This document shows, piece by piece, positions 51,701 through 63,400 of a DNA stretch of 64,000 bases. The DNA is taken from positions 361,275 through 425,274 of the forward strand of contig NMRA01000074.1 in the NCBI GenBank assembly GCA_002633005.1. Direction: 5' to 3'. This DNA is from Phoronis australis. Its lineage: Eukaryota; Animalia; Phoronida. Positions within the stretch are counted from its first letter, which is position 1. Each line of letters begins with the position of its first letter. The position numbers and the translations under genes are program-made. The notes under the pieces were generated by a model. That model did not search any database and had not been told where the DNA came from. It saw only the letters and a list, made by a program, of their open reading frames with translations.

Positions 51701-54700
51701 GTGGATACGAATCTATTCCATGCACCAGTGACGGATTTAGGGGGTGGGGGGTAAGGGGGACATGACCCCTTGAATTTCTCCAATTCTCCTAGATTCCATT
51801 TGGCAGTTCGGGGGTGCACATGTCTGACGGACAAAATCCTGGCTAATACTCTGCCCTGCCCCTCCCCCTAACTCAAAATCCTGGATCTGATCCTGTGCAC
51901 GGCACATGACGGGATCGGCGGGGAAGTTGCACAAGTGTATGCCAAGGCTGCTTACGATTGCTGCACTCGAACACTACGCAACGTGGCATTTTAGCCCAGA
52001 GACCGACAACTAGCCTACGTCCAAGAAACGACAATCAGTTGTTGCGCAGAGAGGCTTGGGTGAAATTTCGTTGGCACGACGTCATACATGTAAGTACTAC
52101 TTTACTCTGATTGGCTGAGAATTTCTCTGGGGCGCTCGAAAGAGCTACGAATTATGGGCTGTGTAATTTACGTAGCAATTAATTACTTACAATATTTTAT
52201 TAAATGATACTTTTATTTCTGTTGCCAAAAGGGTGTTTTGGTCGCAGGAGGCTATCTTTAAACCGTCAGATACTTTACGCGATATTGGGATGGTGCCGGC
52301 ATTAGGACTGGATATTTTCAATGTGTTTGAGAAGTTTTGTCATGGAAATCTTTAAAACTTTGAATAATCAGCTAGGAACTCAAACATAATTTTCAGGTGA
52401 GTTGGGTAACCTTTCCTAGATATAGTGTATTGGTTTGATACAGTATTGTACAATTTTACCAACCTATATTGTTTCATTTCCAGAATATCGGAGATAACGG
52501 GTTTTACTACAAAACAATCTGCTCTTCAAAATGGCCTCTTCGTACACCAAAACGCAATTTATAACGTGATTTACGCCCTAAAAAGCCTATTCTCGTGAAC
52601 TAAAATACTCACACGGATGTAAAAACTGAAGTGATACCAGCCGTCACCACCAGCTGCAGCATGACTATAAAAAATACCTGTGGGAAATGAGAGAAGGCGT
52701 AGTTAATTAGAGAACAGGTGAGAATACATTTGACTAAAAGGAAGAGACTACGGGGAATTGGGGGAGGGGAGTTACACGGAAAGTTTTTTTAATAAAAGTA
52801 CCACTTGACGGCGGGCTAGCCTGTTTTCAAACAACATTTAGTGTTTATGATCAATTTAATAGCTTAAATCATCAGCTATGAGTCATTATCTACATCACTC
52901 AACAACAATAATCAACTTCATATCAAAGTGCATAATACAAGTGACAAGTAGAGAGACATCCAGTGAAATGAACTCCACTATCCACTACCACAACTGAAGG
53001 TTGAAAGCCCCTGTTCCTGTCCAAGATAAATATGTATATTCAGCATGTAACTCATTCACGGATTAACAGTTTGGCTATATCATATCATGGTTTGGAATTT
53101 TTAAGTGATTTAATCATGAACACCGTTATTATTTGTGGCGTTAGCTTCCTAATATACATCTGGCCAAAAACTAATGTCGTCAAAGTTTTCATTAGTTGTA
53201 ATGCATGGTGATATCAAGGAGTGTACGAGTATTACTACACTCCTTGGTGATATCTTTCGAAGACATTCATTTTCGCGAGAGTTTAACTATGTCTACAGAA
53301 CAGGCACAGAAGCCATATCCCGTACGCGTGAAATACTCGGTAGCGACAAAACCTTATGAAATAAAACCAAGCTTTATTAATGTGTGAAAGGAAACTATTA
53401 GAATTCCTGAGGTCCAGTTTTTATCAAAACCGTAAAGCCGATACAGCAAGGCTGACTTTAAAACGGTGGGTGACGGTTCAATGTCACTCCACTGTGACAA
53501 CCATTTTGATGGTGCAACCAAAAAAAAATAAACTTAATGATGAATCTTGAGCTATTTAGCTGGCTAAATACGAAAGTCCAGGTATCCCATTTGCTCTTGA
53601 AATTCCTTGCCGTAATAACATTTTATTTTCGTTGTCGACAAAAACATCGAAACCTTAATCATTCACTGTCAAGAAATTGTAATTATATCATACGTTACCT
53701 TTCTCACAAACCCTCTTCTTATTGTTTTGTCGGAGAATGCCCCCGTGTCCCATACCTCTTCGGTGTTATCACCTAAAACGATAAAATCGAATGCGCCTAA
53801 CGTATAAAGTATCTCCATGCTGACAAATTCAACTTGGCAGTCGTCTTGGTATACTCTTTATTTGCAAATGGTTTCACCAATGGAGATTCTTATCGAAAAA
53901 ACAACAGAATCGTTATTAAAAAAATCATAATACAATCACTAGCCAGCTTCATAAAACGTATTTCACCGATATCTAAGATGACAATACTTTGCGTACATTG
54001 AGAAACTAAAACGCCTGAATAAAATGCTTCTCGTTAGCTTGACGTATTATTGTGTACTAGTAGAGTACATGGGCTGTGCTTGTTCCTGTCTTCCGATGGG
54101 CATCTTTCGTAGACACGATAGACGTAAAGACTGAAACTCGAAGATAAGCAATAGCGTCATCTGCGGGCGCCCACAGCAAAACAAAAATGTCGTTGGCAAG
54201 GCGTTTGTAGGCCGGCTACGCGTACATTTTTTTCGAAAATCGTATTTTGACCCCTACGACATGACCGCATTAGGAGTAAGTACAAGCAGTTGTGGCAGTA
54301 AACGGGACTACAGCATTGACGATACGATGACTAAAACATTAAAGTCATGCCGATTGGTGATACCACTTACCTGGAGAGGAAGAGGTGCCGTAATATGCAT
54401 TCGACTGGTTTAAACTGTACATTTGTACTCCAGACTCACCGCCAGACATCATTGGTGCAGTTTGCATGCTGTTAGAGAAAACAAGTTATTAAGGTGTAAT
54501 AGAAAGTTGAAAATTGATACTATAGTAAAATAGTTCCCTAATGTTTGCCTAAACGTACACTTTTAATTGCAATCTGCAGACACGCGGCACAGTGGGTGTT
54601 ATCAACTGAGGTACGCGCTATTTCACGAATCTAGTTATGTATATGCATATTCATGCCCAGGTTGATCACTTTAGAAATATCGGTGCGTGGCTGTAGGTCA

Positions 54701-56604
54701 ATTGGGCCACAGGGCATAACGATTAATTAAGAGTACCCATGGTCAACTTATCACCCTTCACGTGTCTGGTGTCGCAGTGCAGTGCACGACCAGTGGTTAA
54801 ATTGCTAAGTGCATTTTACACAGACGGGTGGCACCCCTACATTCACCACGTACACACGCCAGACACAATGGGGTAGCAAAACGACTAGACTACCGAGGGA
54901 TCTAAAATGACTGGCAACCTGGAGGCACTTGACACTGAATAACTGCGAGACATGGGCCCAGTGTGGCCCTGTGGCGACACAATTTTAATACGCCACTTGG
55001 CAATTGGCTTAGCGTACATCGGCCGTTTCCATTCATGCCCGCTGAAATTTTTCCTCCCGTGAAACAGCTAATAGGCCCGCAGTTTCTACGTTCATGTGAT
55101 AAATTTCAACAACCAACAAATATCCAAGAAAAGATTCGGTTGCTATTTTAACTGTTTTGGTTATTAAAAGAACCTTTAACTTAAACGATATTGCTAGGTT
55201 TCAGTTTGAGTAGCCAAGGTGGCTTTATGTCCAAACTCGAAATTATTTTTCATTTAATCCGGTCTATGTTTGAGCGACTAACTCATTATTCTGTTCTCGA
55301 GTGGCGAAGAGTGTTTAGCCCAAGATTGCATTGGATGGCTAATATTAGCTTCGAGGAACAAACTCGAGTAAAAACTCGAAATTTCGAGTAAAATCTCGAA
55401 ATTGTGAGTTCAGACTCGGAATTAGAGCTTTATTAGCCTAATCATCAATTGCATACTAGGATTAACCGGCTGTTCACGTCAGAGTAAACCAAATGTACTC
55501 GAGTGCAGAATGACAGACACTTATCTTGACTAAGCACGAATTAAAAACCAAAATGGTACTACTTTGAAGGTCCATTCTGGACGTAAAACGGAGATTTTTT
55601 CGCAAATCCCTGGTAAATAAATAACAAAACTGTGGGGTCAGAATTATGGTTTTGCATTTCTTCAGTTACTTTGAGCAGAGAACTTTATATTTTTCTGTAA
55701 TGATTTGGAGATCTCTTGTTTGAGACCCAGTTTAATCGGGTAATAATTAAAATTCATAAACCTGGCGTAACAGTCTGTGGTAAGTTTGAGTTTCGGTCGA
55801 GTCTGTGTTTGCATAAATGGCGTAGCTATGAATTATCACCGCGCCGGGTGAACATTGATGTTCTCCCCCATGTCGTAACTAATTTTCCCCCTTGTTGTAA
55901 CTTATTTCTTCGCCTTACCCTCTTCCAGTGAACCCTATCCGCTTCCAGGGCCAGTCACATGCCACATGCACCTGAATTCATGGTATTTAAATGACACCAA
56001 ATAGTTGAAAACATGTGTTCTGATAAATTAATGGTAAGATATGAGTTTGTACGCTGTAGCCAAGTAATTGAAGCAAAACCGAGCCCTTGGACAAAATAAG
56101 CATGAAAACTAAATAAAAATACGAATTTTAATTCTTTCCGTCAGATTAAAAAGGTGGGCTACACATCCATACATAGCCTAATAGTGTATCATGGTGGCCA
56201 TTAAAGTCATTTATTTGATTTATCATCATTCATCCAGGCGAAGTAATTATAAACGATAACAAAATATTTCAATGATTTTCCAGAAGTTCGGTCATTTATA
56301 ATTAAAGCATTACACATTGAATTCTTTAAAAGTCAAAAGTTAATCTCTAATTTCACGAAAAAGTAAAATAGGCCAAAGGCAACTTTGGCACTGCTACAGC
56401 ACAGGCTAAGCCGAGACTTCAGTGCCAATGACAATGGGGGTAACCTGGTCCCGCAGCCCAACCCTGGCCTGTCGCAGGGTCAGGCTACCTCTACAGTAAC
56501 GCTACACAACGTCGAGTTCCCAAACCAGACGAACGTTTGAAAAAAATAGGCCATTTTCACATTCCACAAAATTCCGACACGACTAACCTCCTCTTGTCAA
56601 CCAT
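40430..56604 (-). CDS. Protein Lifeguard / TMBIM family (GRINA/FAIM2/TMBIM1-like), ~277 aa; exons 56588-56604, 54371-54468, 53699-53772, 52613-52677, 49661-49717, 48764-48814, 47608-47647, 45737-45774, 44988-45075, 43789-43896, 41678-41725, 40430-40579
   Basis: Twelve GT-AG exons splice in phase (834 nt) to ...FSDKTIRRGFVRKVFFIVMLQL...RRSYPGNYIAL...FASQTKIDFT...VYASLGAL...YDIQMLMGG..ELSPDEYIFGALQLYLDIVYLF. This includes the LFG signatures and both di-aspartyl sensor residues. The first exon is less certain, and no one-to-one vertebrate ortholog can be assigned. Confidence 0.92.
40666..41080. mobile_element. TTAA-flanked MITE (Kolobok-like ends)
   Basis: TTAA|GGTTATGT at 40662-40673 and ACATAACC|TTAA at 41073-41084. 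Confidence 0.65.
42085..42475 (-). mobile_element. 3' end of a CR1-like LINE, inserted in a family C repeat
   Basis: The minus strand reads ...INFFLYGCQELNSNENKVLFEIVSEFLYNIKSLCVSG* (stop 42310-42312), resembling the CR1 ORF2 C-terminal LLYG..L...N..IF..V..FI pattern. It is followed by a 3' UTR, AATAAA and an A-rich tail. The 5' side runs into the assembly gap. Confidence 0.65.
42476..42698. other. Assembly gap (N run)
   Basis: 223 consecutive Ns. ORFs spanning it are artefacts. Confidence 1.
42699..42768. repeat. (TG)n microsatellite bordering the gap
   Basis: Pure, then degenerate, TG run. Confidence 0.95.
49456..49579. repeat. Short hairpin/MITE-like inverted repeat
   Basis: cggcgttccgtttgcttttttatggcttt pairs with aaagccataaaaacaaatggaacgccg. 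Confidence 0.65.
51116..51268 (-). mobile_element. hAT-like MITE, family B (inverted)
   Basis: Reverse complement of 51726-51895 over most of its length; ends gccgccactg. Confidence 0.75.
51290..51645 (+). mobile_element. Fragment of repeat family A
   Basis: Matches ~790-1160 (gaaaccagtt.cgataatttgttgtgac.gtacgcaacctt, cggtag.acgcca). Confidence 0.65.
51726..51895 (+). mobile_element. hAT-like MITE, family B
   Basis: Ends CAGTGACGGAT...GATCTGATCCTG, with TGCAC directly repeated on both flanks. Confidence 0.75.
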
Positions 56605-59247
56605 GTTTTCTGTCGACGATAATCCAGAAGGTCGTGCGATTATTCTGTCGGCTGCTATAGTCACGCGCGCTTTTCACGCGCACAGAATGTTTTAGTTTTG
56701 GGTTTTTATTTATTGCAAGAGGTCTGTAAAGCCTAGCGTACATCGGCCTTAAAACTGAACAGAACCAGTTGTAAACAGGTTACCGGACAACTAACGGAAA
56801 CTGATCGGTTTGCGAGTCTGGCCGATGTGCGTCTTCTTACCACTGACAGCGTACACTGAACTGATCGCTCGGTTGCCGTCCGTTGCACATGTTCTACTTT
56901 CTCGCTAGTGCTTACACTCAGCCTCGCTGGTCTACCCCGAGTACGCCTCACGAGAGCAACTAGTGGTGACCTTTTAACGACCATGTGATGGTCACGTGAA
57001 GGTTTGCCATACCATTGAGGTCTGCAAAACAAGTCGTAGATTTTGCGCACACATGGCTGCCGGGACGATTATCTAATAACTCCACACGGCGCAGTTTCGG
57101 AGGTCGGATTCAAACTAGAAAATGCCGACTTCGCGAGGGAGAATGGAATCCCAGAAGTTATCTACTTTCATTTGATCCCGATAGCAGCTACGGTATGCGA
57201 AGTGAATGTGTTTTTGTACGTTAACCATTGATTGCCGTATTGTCAGTGTGAAGATTTTTTCCGAGTTTATGTGTATGAGAGCTCCTCGGCGCAGGTTCAA
57301 AAACTCATTGTTTATGTTTCCCAATCTCGTTTTTGTGGTTGGTCTATAGTCTACGCGAGTTACATGTAGGGCCTATCAAAATAAACAAAACATTCCAGAA
57401 TGAGCTTTGGCTTAAATTTGGGAGAACCTTTTCCAAGCCACAGACACGACCAAAAATACGTCATTGATGTATGCCCTTTCCATTGGTCTCTAGATCGATC
57501 TGATTCTCCACTTTGTAATCCAGCCATTGCAGCTTCTATGGGGTGTTACGGTAATTTGTCAATATGCCCAATGATACTTCTTACGTCAAGCAAACGCAAC
57601 ATCAGTTCAGTTATCATGCGCCGCGCATCCAACCTAAAATGGGTCTCGAATTTTTGAGAATGTGGACCTTTTACTAAGCTATTAATGGTGGATTTGCCGA
57701 ATTTAGGTAGTTCTTGCCCGGCCTTTTTATTGTCTTGTTTTCTACTTTTTCAGAGTTTTTGTTTCTCTAAGGCGGACCTTTTTGCTTACTTTGCTAAATA
57801 CGGGGGCTCGTTCGAGCCCCCTGAGTGCGCGCATAGTCATTGGAAATAAGCATGACGCAACTTTGACGTCATTAGGACGTTTTTGACCCAGTGTGACGGC
57901 ATGTCATGAAACGTTATCACTAAACATCTGAATAGCCTAAGAGGCGATCGAGTTAACGGGTCGACAATCACTCTGGCCGTTATATTTTCAAACTACGGTT
58001 CCTGTCGGCACAGGATATTTAATTTGGCCGAATATTGCGGTAACTCTTTTTGCTTGGTAGTTGAACATGCTGATCATTTTTTACAAAAAAACGACTCGAA
58101 CAAAAGTCTGATTAGGTTGTTTTTTACGCAAACCAATGCATATGAATGCTTTCTGTGTATATGCCTTGATTTGGACATATGGTAAAGGATGCCTGGAAAG
58201 TATAGTGAATCGTTTCAGTTCGTGTCACGGTTCAGTTTCCTTGCCGCTTTAATCTGAGTGTCAAAAAACACGAACTAGCGCGAAATATATGGACTTCAGA
58301 TCTTGTGGTGGTTGCAGCAGGCACGGCAAGCCACAAAGGCATCTCAATTCATTATCCAAATTGTCTTGGTTGTGCCAAGCTTTTCATGGTCACTGGCTTA
58401 CTTATCAGCTATTACTTGTAGAGTAAGCAAATAAGAGGCTAAATTACATTTAATTAGAACTGGTGACATTCTACTCATGACAATTACTTTAAAAGGATGC
58501 TAAGCCTTGTGTTAATGATTTAAAGCAACCATCGTTCTGTCACTTGCTTATCAGCCATTGACTTCAATCTTGAAAAATAAAATCGGGAATCAGATAATAA
58601 CTCATATTATGGTTCTTAGCGGGTTGTCTCTCCCCACAGCTGCCGTGCAAATCGCTAAAAGTGTAGCTGACGCTTGCACATTAGGCAGACTTTGAAAGGA
58701 GTTTTCAGATTTTCCTCAGAACCTTTGAGGGATGTCGCGGGTTACAGAGCATTAGTTTCGTTCAGAAAATTAGATGGGAACGTCGTTTTTAAATCTTTTA
58801 ATAGGCTAAACCGGGTTTGGTATCTTTTTAACTAATTAAGAATTGCTGCTACGCGTTAAATACCTTGCCGGTATGCAGTTGAAATAACACAAGTTGATTA
58901 AATGCAATAATGAGTATATTAGTAAAACATTTAAATCCCGACAAAAATCGCAAAAAATCTCAAAGAAAGTTAATCTAATCAGTTCGGTATCACGTTTTTC
59001 TTTTCCTTGCGCCGTCCTTGAATCCACTGTTACATTTGTTGTCTGGAACGAGTTTCCTTTCCCTTGATCATACGATTCTGCGTCATGTTCCAAGCAGTTT
59101 TCACTTGATGAAATGCTTCGGACAGTCATGAAGCTCCGTCCGTCGAACATCATATATGTTGAAGTGAATTCAGTCCATCGTATTCCAGATACGATGTATC
59201 CGATTGAAATCCAGTCCATCGAATGTCTAGTATTTGTGATATTTTTA

Positions 59248-60738
59248 GCAAGCCAGTAGCCTTTCTTCAAGAAATATCTGCGATATCTCTGTAGCAAGCC
59301 AGTAGCCTTTCTTCAAGAAATATCTGCGATATCTCTGTAGCAAGCCAGTAGCATCTCTTTAAGAAATATCTGCAATATCTCTGTAGCAAGCCAGTAGCAT
59401 CTCTTCAAGAAATATCTCTGTAGCAAGCCAGTAGCATCTCTTCAAGAAATATCTCTGTAGCAAGCCAGTAGCATCTCTTCAAGAAATATCTCTGTAGCAA
59501 GCCAGTAGCATCTCTTCAAGAAATATCTCTGTAGCAAGCCAGTAGCATCTCTTCAAGAAATATCTCTGTAGCAAGCCAGTAGCATCTCTTCAAGAAATAT
59601 CTCTGTAGCAAGCCAGTAGCATCTCTTCAAGAAATATCTCTGTAGCAAGCCAGTAGCATCTCTTCAAGAAATATCTCTGTAGCAAGCCAGTAGCATCTCT
59701 TCAAGAAATATCTCTGTAGCAAGCCAGTAGCATCTCTTCAAGAAATATCTCTGTAGCAAGCCAGTAGCATCTCTTCAAGAAATATCTCTGTAGCAAGCCA
59801 GTAGCATCTCTTCAAGAAATATCTCTGTAGCAAGCCAGTAGCATCTCTTCAAGAAATATCTCTGTAGCAAGCCAGTAGCATCTCTTCAAGAAATATCTCT
59901 GTAGCAAGCCAGTAGCATCTCTTCAAGAAATATCTCTGTAGCAAGCCAGTAGCATCTCTTCAAGAAATATCTCTGTAGCAAGCCAGTAGCATCTCTTCAA
60001 GAAATATCTCTGTAGCAAGCCAGTAGCATCTCTTCAAGAAATATCTCTGTAGCAAGCCAGTAGCATCTCTTCAAGAAATATCTCTGTAGCAAGCCAGTAG
60101 CATCTCTTCAAGAAATATCTCTGTAGCAAGCCAGTAGCATCTCTTCAAGAAATATCTCTGTAGCAAGCCAGTAGCATCTCTTCAAGAAATATCTCTGTAG
60201 CAAGCCAGTAGCATCTCTTCAAGAAATATCTCTGTAGCAAGCCAGTAGCATCTCTTCAAGAAATATCTCTGTAGCAAGCCAGTAGCATCTCTTCAAGAAA
60301 TATCTCTGTAGCAAGCCAGTAGCATCTCTTCAAGAAATATCTCTGTAGCAAGCCAGTAGCATCTCTTCAAGAAATATCTCTGTAGCAAGCCAGTAGCATC
60401 TCTTCAAGAAATATCTCTGTAGCAAGCCAGTAGCATCTCTTCAAGAAATATCTCTGTAGCAAGCCAGTAGCATCTCTTCAAGAAATATCTCTGTAGCAAG
60501 CCAGTAGCATCTCTTCAAGAAATATCTCTGTAGCAAGCCAGTAGCATCTCTTCAAGAAATATCTCTGTAGCAAGCCAGTAGCATCTCTTCAAGAAATATC
60601 TCTGTAGCAAGCCAGTAGCATCTCTTCAAGAAATATCTCTGTAGCAAGCCAGTAGCATCTCTTCAAGAAATATCTCTGTAGCAAGCCAGTAGCATCTCTT
60701 CAAGAAATATCTCTGTAGCAAGCCAGTAGCATCTNCTT
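59248..60738. repeat. Tandem array: 3 x 46-bp units, then 36 apparently identical 37-bp units (gcaagccagtagcatctcttcaagaaatatctctgta) and a partial unit
   Basis: Units start at 59248, 59294 and 59340 (46 bp), then every 37 bp from 59386 to 60718. No unique spacers. An N lies at the right edge. Confidence 0.97.
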
Positions 60739-61214
60739 AAATGAGCACGCGCAATAATCGCACGTTCAACAAACCGCATTGTACTGTACTTATACGCTAC
60801 GAAAAATAAGACACAAAATTTCCATAAAAATGATATCTTAATTCAGTGAAATTTTTCTCTCATGTCCTCTTACTCGTAAATCACCGATCTCCAGTTTGAA
60901 TGCGGGTATCGTGTCGTCAGGATCTTTGACTTGAGAATTATATTCAGTTACCAGTGGTATCCTACTTTAGCAGACGATAATTTCCCGGTAGAAGCTTAGC
61001 GTGTAAAAAACGTGTTTTAAGCTATTAGTTGCTTAACCTTAATTTAGAGATTCATTTCATTTCTATTTTGTTTAAATTTCCAATTGGTTTTGAGTATAAG
61101 CGTTATTTGACAAAAATAGCTCGGCTTTTCTTAAAAGGTCACGACGTCCGACCCCGGGCCTCTGACATAGAAAGTAGTTACAAAGCAATGTTTCTCGTTT
61201 AGTATGTGGTATAA

Positions 61215-61352
61215 ATAGATTATTACATGTTCTCAGTCGTTATCCCCCTTATCTAGAGCCCTCGAGGATTTTGGAGAATTATCACCCTCGGGGCTAACGC
61301 CCCTCGGGCTCTAGATAACGGGGGATAACGACTTCGCCATGTAATAATCTAT
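61215..61352. mobile_element. Palindromic MITE
   Basis: atagattattacatg...gtcgttatccccc.tatctagagccc pairs with gggctctagataacgggggataacgac...catgtaataatctat. Confidence 0.75.
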
Positions 61353-61739
61353 ATGCATCGTAATCTAAATAATGTATACGATAAATAAATGACATGCTCA
61401 TTCCACATAATATCTCCCTGTAACAAATACACAGATAAATAAATAAGCACGTACACAAAAACAGACAGGCGTACGTACATAATCGCTTTATAATAACAAC
61501 GCAGAGTTCAGTCATTCAGTTCCGTAATGAAGTCACATTCATAACTTACAAGATTTACAAAGCGAGTGTTGTCTGGTTCTTGTTGATTACGGCACCTAAG
61601 GCGCAGTCAAACGCGATAGCCATGTTTGCTTCTAACCCGACCAGTTTCTGTGCTTCCCACTATTTTAATTCATTCTCTCTGGTGAATTCTTCAGTGCTTG
61701 CGCAGATCTGTTAAATGGTGTCATCAGGAGATGGCGAGG

Positions 61740-62648
61740 TCATGCCTGGCCTTGCCGTTGGTCAAAGTTTTCGACTACCGCATGCACTCGTGACTGCCTC
61801 CAAAAACACAGTACCTTAACGTAACAACTTCTGAACTCTTTACATCGCAGCCCATATATAAAACTGTTCAGGGACGAGTTGCCGAGCGCAATCCATTTAA
61901 ATGTGACACGAGTAAGGCGCGAATGTGGAGCGACAAACCTCGTGACGAAAAACGGAGACCAACAAACACAGAAGAGTGACGTCAACAAAACAAGCGTAAT
62001 GATGGTTTTCCGTTTTTTGTGGTTGAGTCCGATGGTCGATGTTCTGATTTTGAAGAATATTTTAGTGTAACAGAAGCAGATCAATAACAAAGGAATTACA
62101 AATCCCGTGAAAAACGCAATACTAGCTCCAATTTTATCTAATTTGATTTTACCCAAAATACATCTGTTTTGTCTCCAAACCTGTAAAATCATCAGACTTG
62201 TTAGAATACAAATGGTAACAACCAATATTATGCCGACAACTTTTGTTCTTGTGAAGATGGTGTCGTATCGGTGGCTTACGCACAATTTGATGTAACGGTT
62301 GAAGGCAATCAACATCAAGTCGTAGATGGACACGGAGCAACAGAACCAATTTATGACATGCAGAAGGGTACAGATGACAGGCTGATCACTCAATAAGACA
62401 GTATTATCCAGCCAAGCGTTAACCATATACATAGGCATGACCCACTTCACGACCAACAGATCAGCAAGAGCAAGAACAAAAATAAAGATATTCCCGGGTT
62501 TATGCTTCGCATTCTGCTTAGTCATTATGGCGCTGATTATGAGGACGTTGCCAACAAGTCCCGGAAGTATCAAAAATGGAGGCACGTACTTTTCGAACAT
62601 TATCGACAACTCAGTTGCCTGTAATTGTTCCTCAGCCGTAAAATTCAT
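61740..62648 (-). CDS. Intronless rhodopsin-class (class A) GPCR, melatonin-receptor-like, 302 aa
   Basis: Seven hydrophobic segments. Motifs: GN (TM1), GNIF..LALADL (TM2), NRY (TM3), CY..I (TM5), CWSP (TM6), NSSLNSFIYG..KEFR (TM7/H8). N-glycosylation sequon NFT at the N-terminus. Ligand unknown. Confidence 0.88.
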   Translation of the reverse strand: MNFTAEEQLQATELSIMFEKYVPPFLILPGLVGNVLIISAIMTKQNAKHKPGNIFIFVLALADLLVVKWVMPMYMVNAWLDNTVLLSDQPVICTLLHVINWFCCSVSIYDLMLIAFNRYIKLCVSHRYDTIFTRTKVVGIILVVTICILTSLMILQVWRQNRCILGKIKLDKIGASIAFFTGFVIPLLLICFCYTKIFFKIRTSTIGLNHKKRKTIITLVLLTSLFCVCWSPFFVTRFVAPHSRLTRVTFKWIALGNSSLNSFIYGLRCKEFRSCYVKVLCFWRQSRVHAVVENFDQRQGQA

Positions 62649-63133
62649 TATATTTTACCTTGAAGAACAACTTAAATAACTTCCACTGACCACAACTTTC
62701 CGATGTATCCAACACAGCTCATCCAAATCTGCTAAGCAAGCCGAAACAAAACTCCACAATTTCCAGTTTGATGACGTCTTTTGAATATATGTTACCCAGT
62801 GATTGGTATCGCCACTAACATGCTGACAATGTACTAGCACGATGGTATTGACGTGATGCAGAAACACTACTGACTTCTTTTCTACGGTCTCATGGAAGTA
62901 ATCTTCTTTAATTTTGTTGCATAGTGATCTATGACTGACAAGTACATTCATGTAACTTACGATACTATAATTACGTGTCGTCAGGGAGGGATCACTTTTA
63001 AGGGGAGTCGCAAGATGTTTATTGTATTTTTACGTAATAACAAAATTACTTTTCTCTCGCAATTACTGCTTCTCGCACCAAGATAAATGCCAACTCGCTA
63101 GACGAACGACGGAGTAGGGTAAAAAATCACCTT

Positions 63134-63400
63134 GACAACATAGATCAGCTTGTGAAATTGCACTTCCCGGCGACTTACAGCCTAAGCTACAAGGAGATTC
63201 TTGCGGCATTACATCGCAACTGTAATAACTAAAAGAACCCTGCACCGGGTGCATCGTCGTGTCGGTCTATTTCGACATGAAACCAAATTCGATCTAGTTG
63301 AGGTGGAACACTTCATCGACGAGCTGTTTCAAGAGGACAGTAATTTCTATGGGTACCGCTGGGTGCATTCACTAGGGTTTCGTCATTGCCTTACAAGACG
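63134..63400 (+). pseudogene. Frameshifted N-terminal fragment of an IS3EU-like DNA transposase
   Basis: DNIDQLVKLHF..LSYKEILAAL, then after a frameshift VITKRTLHRVHRRVGLFRH...DLVEVEHFIDE...YGYRWVH. This resembles the recalled N-terminus (I..YF..GL.YKEIL...IS.RTL.R...LGLFR...GYRWMH) of animal IS3EU-type transposases. No catalytic core is visible. Confidence 0.6.

Noticed and set aside
58836-59297. 153-aa minus-strand ORF as a gene
   Set aside because: It starts at a non-ATG codon inside the tandem array and shows no recognisable domain or exon structure.
59248-60738. CRISPR array (37-bp repeats)
   Set aside because: Units are head-to-tail with no unique spacers, there are no cas genes, and the context is a spliced eukaryotic genome.
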